Source: Macrostomum lignano (taxonomy: Eukaryota). From it: a DNA stretch of 64,000 bases. This document shows positions 13,769-31,700 of the stretch, in pieces. Numbering within the stretch: the first letter of the stretch is position 1; each line of letters opens with the position of its first letter. The position numbers were made by a program, and so were the translations under genes. Under the pieces are notes generated by a model. It ran no database searches, was not told the origin of the DNA, and was given only the letters and a program-made list of their open reading frames with translations. The stretch spans positions 48,257 through 112,256 of the forward strand of contig NIVC01001188.1 in NCBI GenBank assembly GCA_002269645.1, written 5' to 3'.

Positions 13769-14499
13769 AAGCGGCCCACCTACAAGCCCCTCACCCTACT
13801 CCTCCATAAAAGAGTCTCCCAGCCTCCCAGGCCAAAGCTGCAGTCTCCGGCAGCCGTCAGCGAGCTCACCGAGGGCGACCCGCCAATTAACCCGGGGAGA
13901 AACATCCCCTTCTCTTGGAGCGAAGGCGCCCAACTCCCCCCCCCCACCAGCTGTTCTGTACGCCACCAGAAGTTGCTTCTTAAGCATCCCTCAGGTCTCG
14001 CTTTCATTTTCCTGCAAAATCGCCCTGCGCTGCCCCGAGAGCAGCCCCCCCCCCCACGCCAGCAACCAGCCTGGCGACAAAAGCTGTAGCAGATCTCAGG
14101 GCTCCTCAACCTGATCGCTGGCCCGTGAATGCATCTAAGAATTTTTGCGTCACAAAAAAGCTGCCTTAGCAGCTCGCAGGGGAGGCTGGCCTGAATATTT
14201 TATCAGCACTGGGAGATATCTCCTCTGGGTAGAAGTGCTCTCTCGGCGGCAGTGCCTGAGTACACCGGGGTCTGCTCTCGCACCAGTTTGCCTGCAGCTC
14301 ATCGCAGATTCCACGGCTTTCAACGCTGCATCATCCGACTCAGCAGCTTAATGTCGCTTTTAACTTTTTAATCTGCTGTTTTTTGCTGCTCAGGATTAGC
14401 TCGCGTAACCTAAGCTGCTCAGTGTGACTGCTTAATGCATACACTGCTCACTTAGTCTCTGACACTTATCGTTATAAGCCACCATATTGCTCACGTGTC

Positions 14500-15192
14500 T
14501 ACAAGCATCTCACTCTGTACAAGCATCTGACTATCACTGCACGAGCATCTGACTCTCACTGTACGAGCATCTGACTCTCACTGTACGAGCATCTGACTCT
14601 CACTGTACGAGCATCTGACTCTCACTGTACAAGCATCTGACTCTCACTGTACAAGCATCTGACTCTCACTGTACAAGCATCTGACTCTCACTGTACAAGC
14701 ATCTGACTCTCACTGTACAAGCATCTGACTCTCACTGTACAAGCATCTGACTCTCACTGTACAAGCATCTGACTCTCACTGTACAAGCATCTGACTCTCA
14801 CTGTACAAGCATCTGACTCTCACTGTACAAGCATCTGACTCTCACTGTACAAGCATCTGACTCTCACTGTACAAGCATCTGACTCTCACTGTACAAGCAT
14901 CTGACTCTCACTGTACAAGCATCTGACTCTCACTGTACGAGCATCTGACTCTCACTGTACAAGCATCTGACTCTCACTGTACAAGCATCTGACTCTCACT
15001 GTACAAGCATCTGACTCTCACTGTACAAGCATCTGACTCTCACTGTACGAGCATCTGACTCTCACTGTACAAGCATCTGACTCTCACTGTACAAGCATCT
15101 GACTCTCACTGTACAAGCATCTGACTCTCACTGTACGAGCATCTGACTCTCACTGTACAAGCATCTGACTCTCACTGTACAAGCATCTGACT
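14500..15192. repeat. 22-bp minisatellite (ACTGTACAAGCATCTGACTCTC), about 31 copies
   Basis: Direct reading; starts about 25 bp from the stomatin exon 3 donor. Confidence 0.96.
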
Positions 15193-15216
15193 CGGGGAAC
15201 CCCAGCCCCAACTCAC

Positions 15217-19851
<4,635 letters not shown>

Positions 19852-20145
19852 TGGCTTCCGGTGGGGCACGCGGTCTCAACACTATGAGCTGCTCGGGCTG
19901 TCAGACCGGAACAGCACGCTAAAAGTAAATGGCGGAGGCGAGGTGAGGGGCAGGGGGACAGGGGGATAGGCTAGGTTAATGAGGAACTGGCTGGCTGAGC
20001 GTAAGGGTGGAGCGAGAAGGCTCAGACGACCAGCAACTATTGGAGGAGAAATCTCCCACTGCTTTGCTGCCTGCTATCGTAGCGCGCCATTGGCTGTGGG
20101 GCCGGCTTCTGCTTGCATTGACCGGCAGTGGGAGCGGGAGTGTAG

Positions 20146-20622
20146 CAGGACCTGATAGCATGATGACTGTAGCACCCCGGTCAGGACCTGATAGCATGAT
20201 GACTGTAACACCCCGGTCAGGACCTGATAGCATGATGACTGCAGCACCCCGGTCAGGACCTGATAGCATGATGACTGTAGCACCCCGGTCAGGACCTGAT
20301 AGCATGATGACTGTAACACCCCGGTCAGGACCTGATAGCATGATGACTGCAGCACCCCGGTCAGGACCTGATAGCATGATGACTGTAACACCCCGGTCAG
20401 GACCTGATAGCATGATGACTGTAACACCCCGGTCAGGACCTGATAGCATGATGACTGCAGCACCCCGGTCAGGACCTGATAGCATGATGACTGTAACACC
20501 CCGGTCAGGACCTGATAGCATGATGACTGCAGCACCCCGGTCAGGACCTGATAGCATGATGACTGTAACACCCCGGTCAGGACCTGATAGCATGATGACT
20601 GCAGCACCCCGGTCAGGACCTG
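20146..20622. repeat. 36-bp minisatellite, about 13 copies, with a TCAGGACCTGA palindrome
   Basis: 12-aa periodicity (PDSMMTVTPRSG) and direct reading. Confidence 0.95.
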
Positions 20623-20629
20623 CACAAGA

Positions 20630-20815
20630 CTGACCAGGCAGTGACACCACAATGATCAGGCACTCTCACAGGCAAACCACAATGACCAGGCCCTCTCAGA
20701 GGCAAACAGCAATGACCAGGCACTCTCACAGGCAAACAGCAATGACCAGGCACTCTCACAGGCAACCCACAATGACCAGGCACTCTCACAGGCAAACAGC
20801 AATGACCAGGAACTA
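20630..20815. repeat. 30-bp minisatellite (AATGACCAGGCACTCTCACAGGCAAACAGC), about 6 copies
   Basis: Direct reading. Confidence 0.88.
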
Positions 20816-21419
20816 ACAGACGCTCCCCAAACACAGCATGCCCTTGAACTGACTCTCTGCCAAGGCTGTCAGCGGCCACCCCAGCAACCAAGTCCAAGCC
20901 AGCCCGTCATCTCTTATCGGCTCTTCCGGTGTCTGCAGCTCCGCAGCCGGGCGCTATGCGGGCACTTCTTCAGGCCTGGACAGAGCGCTGGCTGTGAAGG
21001 GGGAGGTGGGCGAAGCCTGAGCCTCTATTTACCTGCCTGCCCCAATCCAGAGCAGATTTTATTGAAGCCACAGTGGAGTAGCGCTCAGCCCCAGCATATC
21101 CATTGCAGGTCCGAGAGCATTCAGAGAGGTGGGGGGCTGCGACGGGAAATTGCAGTGGACCGGCGGTTTCAATACGCAAAATAAACTCAGCCCGGGACTG
21201 AGCCTCAAGCAGTGCAGAGCCGGGCCTCTGCGTGTGTGAGGAGGGCTGGCTAAATACAGGTGCGCAGGTACCAACACACACAGCCGAGTCAGGCAGATCC
21301 CGGAGAGAGCAAGCGGTGCTTTTTATTCTTTAGGAGTTTCGGCGCGTTTGATGAGATCCAGAAAAAAGTATGCTTCATTTTTCATCGCTGTTCTAGCGGC
21401 TGGGAGACAGGGACGGACA

Positions 21420-22160
21420 GAGATGGGGAAGGCAGGGAGATTGGGAAGGCAGGGAGATTGGGAAGGCAGGGAGATGGGGAAGGCAGGGAGATGGGGGAGG
21501 CATGGAGATGGGGAAGGCAGGGAGATGGGGAAGGTAGGGAGATGGGGGAGGCATGGAGATGGGGAAGGCAGGGAGATGGGGAAGGCAGTGAGATGGGGAA
21601 GGCAGGGAGATGGGGGAGGCATGGAGATGGGGAAGGCAGGGAGATGGGGAAGGCAGGGAGATGGGGAAGGCAGGGAGATGGGGAAGGCAGGGAGATGGGC
21701 AAGGCAGGGAGATGGGGAAGGCAGGGAGATGGGGGAGGCATGGAGATGGGGAAGGCAGGGAGATGGGGAAGGCAGGGAGATGGGGAAGGCATGGAGATGG
21801 GGAAGGCAGGGAGATGGGGAAGGCATGGAGATGGGGAAGGCAGGGAGATGGGGAAGGCAGGGAGATGGGGAAGGCAGGGAGATGGGGAAGGCAGGGAGAT
21901 GGGGAAGGCAGGGAGATGGGGAAGGCATGGAGATGGGGAAGGCATGGAGATGGGGAAGGCATGGAGATGGGGAAGGCATGGAGATGGGGAAGGCATGGAG
22001 ATGGGGAAGGCAGGGAGATGGGGAAGGCATGGAGATGGGGAAGACAGAGAGATGGGGAAGGCAGAGAGATGGGGGAAGGCAGAGAGATGGGGGAAGGCAT
22101 GGAGATGGGGAAGGCAGGGAGATGGGGAAGGACAATGAGATGCAGGGAGATGGGGAAGGG
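21420..22160. repeat. 17-bp purine/G-rich minisatellite (GATGGGGAAGGCAGGGA), about 43 copies
   Basis: Direct reading. Confidence 0.95.
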
Positions 22161-23249
22161 ATATAGGAGAATCAGTTGAAAGTATAAAAATGGAGCAGCA
22201 GTGAAGGCGGCCAGCTCAGAGCCAAAGCAGAGAATTAAAGTTTTTGTACCAATGCCAGAGCGAGTGCCTGTTTTGTGGTAATTTTTCAGTTGGTGTGCAA
22301 GAGTTCAATATATTTAGTAGATGCATTTGCTAAGGTATAACATCATGCATAGGGTGGGCAATCCACACAGGTAGCAATAAAGAGAAGCGGACTACAGTGG
22401 ATTGCTGAAATTCACTCGCTGCCCAGCCATCTATCAAACAATGCGCAGTTTAAACTGTTGGATTGCAGACCGCAGCTCGCCATTGGTGGAGGCCGGCAGT
22501 GACAGGCGGAATTTGAATTCAAGGTATTTAAAGCGGAACCAAGTCGAACGCAAATGAAACCCGGGGAAAAAATAAAACTCGAACAGAGGCCCGCGGCGAA
22601 GCGCCCGGACTGCGCGCAATCTGAATATAGAGAAAAATTCCCGACTGCGGGGGCAGGTGAGAAAATAATTAGATTAAGCAAAATAAGTTTTCTTTGCGCG
22701 CATGCAACGCGCTACTTAAAGTAGAGAGGCTAGAGGGGGGCTCGGGCACAGACTGCAAAATAGCTGGATAAGGTAGAGAGCAGATTAGCTGACAGGCGGT
22801 GCTAGTAACTAGATGTTGCGAGACACACAGAGAGAGAGAGGGAGTGAGAGACAACTACTGCTGTATTCATAAGGTCGACCTAAATGCCAGAGTGAACGAG
22901 CAAACAGGACAAAAAGGACAAAAGAAAGCAAAGCGATGCGGACAGTGCCAGATGAAGCCGGAACTGAGACCAGAGAGGCTGAAGCTGTTCAGTTCTACAG
23001 GCGCACCTGTCGGACAGGGGCCTGTGGGAGTCCATTGTGCTTGCCGAGAACCCGGTGACCCATGGAGCCCCGATGACAGAAACACAAGAAAATACGTTTC
23101 GATAAGCAAAAGACAGCGCGAGATGCCCGCCTACAGACAAGGCGCTCTTGCGGCTCTGACAATGAACAAAATAAACAAAGAGAAACAAAGGTTCATTAGC
23201 TCAGTGAGTTGGGCTGGTGTGAGTCAGGAGTGCAGGCAGATATGGCAGA

Positions 23250-23352
23250 TCAGGCCAGGCCGTAGCCCTCTGAGCACTCCGTGATGGCCAGCAGCAGCAT
23301 CTCGCGCAGCTTCTCGTAGCTCTCGTACACTGGCAGGTCCAGCTGGTTGAAG
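23250..23352 (-). CDS. HUWE1: HUWE1 exon 14 (terminal)
   Basis: [34 protein letters not shown]; TGA at 23250-23252. Confidence 0.96.
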
Positions 23353-26300
23353 CTGCGGGGACAACGGAGGCGGGGGGTTCGAGTCCCAGTGTTAATCAGG
23401 CATTATCGAAGGTAACCATGGCATGACTTGCACTAGTAAGCTCGCAGTCAGAGCCAGTAGTTCAATATTGCAGTTTAAGCTACCGCGGAATTATTGAAAT
23501 CAAAGGTCACCATGAAAGAATTTGAGGTCAAAGTTCACCATCAAAGAGTTTGAGGTCAAAGTTCACCATCAAAGAGTTTGAGGTCAAAGGTCACCATCAA
23601 AGAATTGAGGTTAAAGGACTCCACGAAGAAAATAAAGCAAAAGTCATCATGAAATAACCGATATCAAAGGTCACTGTGAAATAACCGAGATCAAAGGTCA
23701 CCATTAAAGAATCGAGATCAAAGGACACCATGAAAAATAAGGTCAAAGGTCACCAAGAAAGAATCGAGGTCAAAGGACACCATGGAAAATAAGGTCAAAG
23801 GTCACCACGAAAGAAAAGAGGTCAAAGGACAACATTAAAGAATCGAGATCAAAGGACACCATGAAAAATAAGGTCAAAGGTCACCATGAAAATAAGGTCA
23901 TAGGTCATTATGAAAGAATCGAGGTCAAAGGTCACTGTGAAATAACTGAGGTCAAAGGTCACCATAAAAGAATCGAGGTCAAAGGTCACTTCGAAAAGAA
24001 TTCGAAAGAAAAGGTTACTGAGGAATTGTTGAGGTCAAAGGTCAAAAAAGGCAAAACCAGTTATTCAAAATACAAAAGCTCACCAGGTGTGCGCAGTCGG
24101 CAGCCTGTCGGTGGATCGGCCGTCCCGGTGCACCTGGAACTTCTGCTGGCCGCGCATGCCCTCCAGCTTGGCGAAGCCGCCGAGCGGCACCTTGCTGGTG
24201 CCCGTGACGAACTGAATAAACCGGGCCCGGTCGGCCTGGTCAAAGCTGCGCAGAGCCCGCCAGAGCCACTGGATCTGAGGAGACGGAGGGAGCAGAATTT
24301 CAAGTTAGAGTTTCTAGTCATATCAACAAAATTATTAAGATGCTCACGATTACTCACTGACAACCCGGGCCCAATAGTATCAGCTGACACCCAGATTAAC
24401 AACTGAAACCCTAGATTACCATCTGACCCTTAGATTATCATCTGACCCAAGATCATCATCTGACCCCAGATTACCATCTGACCCCGAGATTACCATCTGA
24501 CCCCCCGGATTACCATCTGACCCCCCGGATTACCATCTGACCCCCAGATTACCATCTGACCCCCAGATTACCATCTGACCCCCGGATTACCAGCTGACAT
24601 CCAGATTACCAAATGACACCCAGATTATCATCATCTGACACCCAATATATTGTGACAAACTGACACCTCGAATCACCACCTGACACTCCAGTAACCAATA
24701 AAACAAAGCCAGCTAATCAGCGCTCACCTGCGGGCTAGTGGCGGAGTACTTCTCATACAAGGTGTTGGCCCGCAGGTCGTCAATGTCAATAGTCGGCAAG
24801 CCGGAGATGAGCAGCTCCAGCTCTTGCTCATTAAATATGCTAATGAGCCGCTTCGGAATGATATCGTAGAAGCCTTCGAGAAAGGCGGCCAGCTGCTGCC
24901 TGATGGAGCCGATCATCCGCTCCTGGCACACGCGGGCCACGTACTCCGCCTTGTTGTCCTCGGTGACCACCTTGTTCCGACCGTCTGGCACGAGCTCGCG
25001 AGTCTCGGTGACGCCGAACACGGACACCTCGGTGGAGAATGTCTGCTCGTAGCCTAGGGAAGCCACGTCATTCTCCAGGAGGAAGCGCAGGCCCTTGTAA
25101 AAGTCGTAGTCTTCGCTCTCCAGATCGCTGCAGTTCACAGGCAGGCCCAGGATGTGCTTGTAGAAGGCCCTGGTGAAGTAGCACTCCAGCAGCTTATTGT
25201 CGTACACGGCCTTGGAAATGAGGCGGCCAACGAATTTGAAATAAGTCAGGTGATTGTTGTTGATGTGGCTGGCTGCGTTGATCGTGTAGGTGACCTGATC
25301 GCCTGGGTTCACCTTGAACAGCGCGTAATTGGGATTGAAGATCTCCCGGCTCAGGATGGCGTACCATTCGCGCAGCAGCCCGCCCGCGTCCTGGCCTTCC
25401 TCGCCCTGCGGAATTCACAGAAAGCTTATTGTAATAATTCTGGATCTTCCCTAAACTCCATGTAGCTTAAGGGGAGATTCTTCCCCAATCCCCATGTAGT
25501 TTAAGGGGCGATTCTTCCCCAATCCCCATGTAGCTTAAGGGGAGATTCTTGCCCAATCCCCATGTAGCTTAAGGGGAGATTCTTCCCCAATCCCCATGTA
25601 GCTTAAGGGGAGATTCTTCCCCAATCCCCATGTAGTTTAAGGGGCGATTCTTCCCCAATCCCCATGTAGCTTAAGGGGAGATTCTTGCCCAATCCCCATG
25701 TAGCTTAAGGGGAGATTCTTCCCCAATCCCCATGTAGCTTAAGGGGAGATTCTTCCCCAATCCCCATGTAGTTTAAGGGGCGATTCTTCCCCAATCCCCA
25801 TGTAGTTTAAGGGTAGATTCTTCCCCAATCCCCATGTAGTTTAAGGGGCGATTCTTCCCCAATCCCTATGTACTTTAAGGGGAGATTCTTGCCCAATCCC
25901 CATGTAGCTTAAGGGGAGATTCTTCCCCAATCCCCATGTAGCTTAAGGGGAGATTCTTCCCCAATCCCCATGTAGTTTAAGGGGCGATTCTTCCCCAATC
26001 CCCATGTAGTTTAAGGGTAGATTCTTCCCCAATCCCCATGTAGCTTAAGGGGAGATTCTTCCCCAATCCCCATGTAGTTTAAGGGGCGATTCTTCCCCAA
26101 TCCCCATGTAGTTTAAGGGGCGATTCTTCCCCAATCCCTATGTACTTTAAGGGGAGATTCTTCCCCAATCCCTATGTACTTTAAGGGGAGATTCTTCCCC
26201 AATCCCTATGTACTTTAAGGGGCGATTCTTCCCCAATCCCCATGTAGCTTAAGGGGAGATTCTTCCCCAATCCCCATGTAGCTTAAGGGGAGATTCTTCC

Positions 26301-28683
26301 CCAATCCCCAGGCAGCATAGGGGAACTTAGATAGCTACTAGTACAAAGCCCACCTGGAAATGAATCTGGAAATGCTGTTTCCATTCGTTCCGAGACTTCC
26401 TATGCAGTTTAGCGAACGAGTCCTCGAACACGCGCTGCCTGTTGACGGCCACGGTCTCGGTGTTGCGCGGCCTGCCGCTGTCCAGCTGGCTGCGGAAGTA
26501 CTGCACTTTCACATCGAAATCCAGCAGGCGCGGGTGCTCAGCCAGCCAGGCGAATGGGCCGCGCGTCAGCGGCGTAGTCTGCTGGCGGAGGATCTGGTTC
26601 AGCAGGCCGCGGTGTCGGGTGGCAAAGCTCAATAGGAAGGCCTTCTGACTGTCGGCCGCCAGCTCCTTCGGCGTGGTGCTGGTAGCGGAAGCAGACGGAG
26701 CGGCCGGGGCGGCGGTGTCGGGTGCGCTGATCTCCAGGTCTAGGTGGGACAGCTGCTCGGAGTTGTTGGTCTCGGCGCCGGCTGATGCCAGTCGCCGCAG
26801 GGTGGCCGCCTGATCCCGGGAGCCGCCGGAGGCGACGAAGAAGGACTCGACGGTGGTCTGCAGCACAAGCACCGAGTTGGGGTCCTCGCACTGGTTGAGC
26901 AGGCTCAGGCACTCGCTAAGCCGGGCCCATAGCGGCTCGAGGACTTGGCTGACCTCGGCTGCCCGGCCGCCCTGGCTGTCCAGCTGGCCGAGCATGTTGA
27001 GCAGTTTGAGCAGCCGCCTCTGCAGGTGCCGATCGTTCGCCAGCGCGGCCAGGCTGGGCAGGGCGAGGTCGCGCGGCGGCGCGTAGCCCGACAGAGCATC
27101 GGCGCGAAGGACCACGTTGGCACCACTAAAGCGGTCCTGGAGGACACGGCCAACACCGCTGCTGCTTGAGGAGGCCGTGGCAGTTTCGAGCTGCTGCAGA
27201 GAGGCAGAGCTGCCAGAAGCGGAAGCAGACAATTGCTGCTGCTGCTGCTGGGCCTTGGCCAGGTGATCCTGGAGCTCGTCAGCCAGCCGGGACAGCCGCC
27301 GTTCCAGCTGTCCGGCCAGGTGCCGCAGGCCGTCAGTCAGGCTGGACAGCAGGCAGTCCTCAACCCGGCGGCCGTAGCGGCACAGATGCGGCACCAGCTT
27401 GCCGGCATTCTCCAGGCCCTGGTCGGTGACTGGCAGCTTGCCAACCAGGACGTCAACTAGCTGACGAAGATGAGCTTCTAGATTTGGCACGCGGCCAAGA
27501 TCTGGTAGTTGTTGTTGCGATTGCTTCTGCTGAGACTGTTGAGCAGCGGCTTGCTGAGACGCCTGGCTCTGCTGCTGCTGCTGCTGCTGCTGCTGGGTTT
27601 CTTCTTCTTGCTGCTGCTGCTGTTGTGATTGCTCCTGCGGCGGCGGCGGCGGTGGAGGCGGCGGTGGCTGCTGCTGGGGTCGGGGCGGCCTGGCCAACCG
27701 GGTCATGTGGTCGCGAGCCATGCTATCGCAGATGACGAGCAGTTCAAGCAGCTGGTCCAGCAGCTCGGGCCGGCGACAGATGAGCGAATGGCTGAGCAGC
27801 TGGAACACCGAGGGGAACAGGTCCTCCTGGTCGGCTGACGGCGCCGAGCTTGCCGCCGCGTTTGACGCCGAAGCCGCAGCTGACGCCGACGAAGCCGAGG
27901 CGGAGGCGCCGCCGGGAGTGGCACCGGGCGAGGCTACACCGATGCTGCCGCCGTCCAGATGGCGGAGCAGCCTCCAGAACTCGCCGGTGTCGGCTGGCGC
28001 AGCCGACTCAGACGGGCCGTAGGGGCTGAGGAAGGCGGCTTCTTCGGTCTCGGCCAGCTCGGTGAGGGACTGCAGGCAGGCGCGCAAGACCACTGGACAG
28101 GCGTCCGGGTGCAGGCAGAGCGTGGGCGGGGAGCGCAGCTTGACGCCAGGAGGCGGCCGGGGCAGTGCGAAGATCCGCTGCGGCTGGCCGAACTGGCCGC
28201 GAAACCGCAGGTCCAGCAGGCAGTTCAGGCCGCCAACTGTGGCAGCGGCTGGGGCGTCGAGAAGCTGCTGCTGCTGGACGGTCTCGGCTGAGGCGATGAT
28301 GGCGAGCAGGGCCTTGGCCAGCCAGAGGCGGGTGGGCGGATGCGCGGCCAGGCGGTGCAGCAGCATCCGGCAGCCCTGGCGGACAACGTCGCTGTCGCAG
28401 CACAGCAGGGCCACGCAGACAGTCAGAGACTCGCAGTCAACTAGGGGCTTCGGCTTGCCGCTCGAGCCGCCGCCTGAGCCGCCGCCAGCCCCGCTGCTGG
28501 AGGAGCCGCCGCCGATTGCACGCCGGATTGTGGCGCTGCCGCCGACGCCAAGAGGCTGTGCGGGCCTGGCGGGCAGGTTGTACAGCACCCGGTAGTAGCT
28601 GGCGGCCGTGGCGTTGGCCCGCTCTCGATAGCGCGGTGGGAATCGCGGCCAGTCTTCGTGATCAAGCTGGTGATGATGATGCA

Positions 28684-28723
<40 letters not shown>

Positions 28724-31700
28724 CTGCTGGCGTCGCAGAGCTCTGGCCTCGGCGGCCAGATCGGCAGGCAGGGCGGCGATGGTGGCGTCGTCCATCTCTG
28801 ACAGCACCTCGCGGCGCAGCGCCGGGGTCAGCGTGGCCAGGAAGGCATTGGGGTCGATGGCCTCGTCTGGCTGGGCGGCCGAGCTGCTGGTTGGCCCGGC
28901 CTGCTCGCGGTTCACCTGGCAGGCATGAAAATACGGCAATGTCAGAATATACCCACACACTACTGAGACTGGATAGTAGCCACTCAAGAAGATGAAACTC
29001 AAAATTCTCTCTCACCTGCTGCAGCACCTCTTCGGCAATGCTGGGCGGCAGAGCTGCCAGAAACTCCGGATTGAGATCTGCCGCTCCCGTCTGCTGTTGA
29101 AGTCGACGAAGCCGCAGCTGCTCGGCGATGATCTCCTGCCGGAGCTCTTCGGGCAGGGCCTCCAGGAAGGCAGGATCAACGTCGTTAAACAGGTAGTTGG
29201 CGGACTCCGATGAACTGGACGGACCGGCGGTGGCGCCGGCCGCAGCGGCGGAAGCCTCTGCTTGGCTGCCACCACCAGACGCGCCGCCTTCGTCAGCAGC
29301 GGCAACGGCGGCCGCGGCGTCAGTAGTTGCTGCGGCAACGGCGGCCGCGGCGATAGCATCTACCAGCTCCTCGTCCGCAGCTTCGTCCTCGAGCTGCTGC
29401 CGCTGCTGCTGTTGCGAGCCACCCGAATCCGCATCTGTTTCCATAGGAACGGGGGCTGGAGGCGCTTCTTCTTCGGGAACTTCTTCAACAGCCGGCTGCG
29501 ATGGAGGTGGAGGCGGCGGCGGTGGCGGTGGCGGCGGCGGCTCGGCAACGATGGGCACGAGCGGAGGCGGCTGGGACTGAGGCTGCTGCGGTGCGGCCTC
29601 TTCCACTGAGCCAGCTTGCGCAGTAGCCGCTGCCGCCTGCTCCTCAGGAGCCTCCTCCTCTGCAATGTTGGGCACCTCGGCGGCTTCTGCTGCTGCAGCC
29701 AACTCTTCTTCTTCGTCGGGTTCTTCTGCCGCGGTGGCTTCGAGCTGCTGCTGCTGCTGCTGCTCCTCTTCCTGCTGAGCATCAGAGCCAGATGAGGCGG
29801 CTGCCGCGGCCGCGGCGGCTTCAATCTCCCTGGCCCGCTGCTGCTGCTGCTTGGCCGCCTGCTGCTTGGCCAGCTCGGCCCGGCGCGACTCCAACTCGGT
29901 TCGCCGCTCGGCCTCCAGCGCCGTGGCTACCTCGATCCTGGCTAGACAGAGCAGGTCGCCGAGCTCCCTGCCAGACAGCAGGCGGACCAGCTCAGCCCAG
30001 CGGTACATGAGGTCCGGCCGCTGCTGCTGGTTGGACATCTCCCGCATCAGCTGGTGCACAGGGTAGTCTCCGCCAGACTCGGCTGTGAGCCGCTCCATGC
30101 TGGCCAGGGCCTCGTGCGAGCCGTGCCGAATAGCGTTGCTGCGAACCAGCGGCGGCCGGTCCGGGTTCACGTAGTGTAAGATGGCGCCCTCGTGATCCGG
30201 CGAGTTCTGACCGCCGCCGCCTGCGCCGCCTGCAGCGCCATCGGAACTGCTCATCAGCAGCGGATGCTGCAGGGTGCCTCGCCACCTGGCGGTCTGGCTC
30301 AGCTGGTCTGAGCCGTCAGCGAATGCGGAGCCGAACAAATTGTACGGCGACGCGGCGTCCGAACTGACAGCGGCAGCGGCGGCGGCGGCGTTTCCACCGG
30401 CGCCAACGCGGCCGGCCCGATGCCCGGCGTGCCGAGTGCGGAAGGCGCCATACGGCATGAGCATGGGGTTGCGGTAGTTGCGCATCTGCAGGTAGTTCAG
30501 GCGCGGCCCGGCCAGCCGCTCACGGATGTCCAGGTGGCCGCCGGCGCCGCCGCCCCCGCCGGCCAGCTGGAACACGGCTTCTAAATCGTTGCTCAAGTCG
30601 TCGTCTTCGCCCAGCTCGCCGAGCTGCACCCGCACCAGGTCACCCAGCCGCTCGTCCTCGTCCGTGTCGTCCTCGCTCTCCGGCACAGACAGCTCCGCCC
30701 CGCCGTCAGCGTCCATCATCTCCTCTTCCTCTTCCTCGTCTTCCTCCTCGTCTTCATCATGCTCCTCCTCTTCGTCTTCCTCCTCATCCTCGTCATCTTC
30801 ATCATCTTCGATCATCAGATTGTCATCGTCCTCGGCTTGCGCGTCGCCGCCAGCTGCTGCAGCGCCGATGACGGCATTGGCCGGCTCGCCTTGGTCTTCA
30901 CCTCCGTCGTTGTTCCCCGCGGCAAGCGCATCGTCGCTGGCGGTAGCGGCGGCCTCCAGGACGTTCAACCGATCAGCGATCGATTGCAGAGCGTTGTCGA
31001 AATTGGCGGTGGCCTCGTGGGCGGCGGCGTTGGTAGCCGCGGCTACCGGCGGCGGCTCCAGAGTCGGCGGGCGCGCCGAAAACTGAGACGACGAAGCTGG
31101 AGCTTCAGCTGCAGGCTGCGGCTCGGCAGCTGAAAGAGGGTTCACGGCTGGAGTGTCCGGACGATCGTCCTGCTGCTGCTGCTCAGCCTCCTGCGGCTGG
31201 GCGTTCACAGCTTCCTCCTCTTCCTCATCGTCTTCTTCCACTTCCTCTTCGTCGTCGTCGTTGCCAAGGGCAACCATGTGCCGGTTGTCGGAGTGGGACA
31301 AGGCGGCGCCGCCAAGGTGGTGCTCGGCAATGAAGTTGCCCGCCCGGGCCTGGCCGTAGGGCCGGCGCTCGCCTAGCAGGCCGAACAGGCTGCTGGAGAC
31401 ATCGGAGTGGCCGTCTGAGTAGCGCAGCAGCAGGTGATTGGCCAGTGCCGGGTCGCCAAGCAGCAGCTCGTGATAGCCGTCGAAGGCGTGATAGCCGGTG
31501 TCCTTGCGGCGCGGATCCTCCTGGCACAGGTCGCACAGCAGGTGCAGGGCGGTCAGCAGGTGGCAGAGCAGCTCCCGGCCGGCCTTGACGCCGCTGTCGA
31601 TGGCCAGAGGCAGGCGGACCAGATCGGCCAGGAGGCCGCGGCGCTGGGCTGTCCGGGCGATCGGCGTGGCCATCAGCTGGACCAGATTCACCAGGCTGAA

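Noticed and set aside
23385-23397. Isolated B-box-like GGTTCGAGTCC (also GGGTTCGAATC on the minus strand near 5638)
   Set aside because: No A box or cloverleaf nearby; not called as tRNA or SINE.
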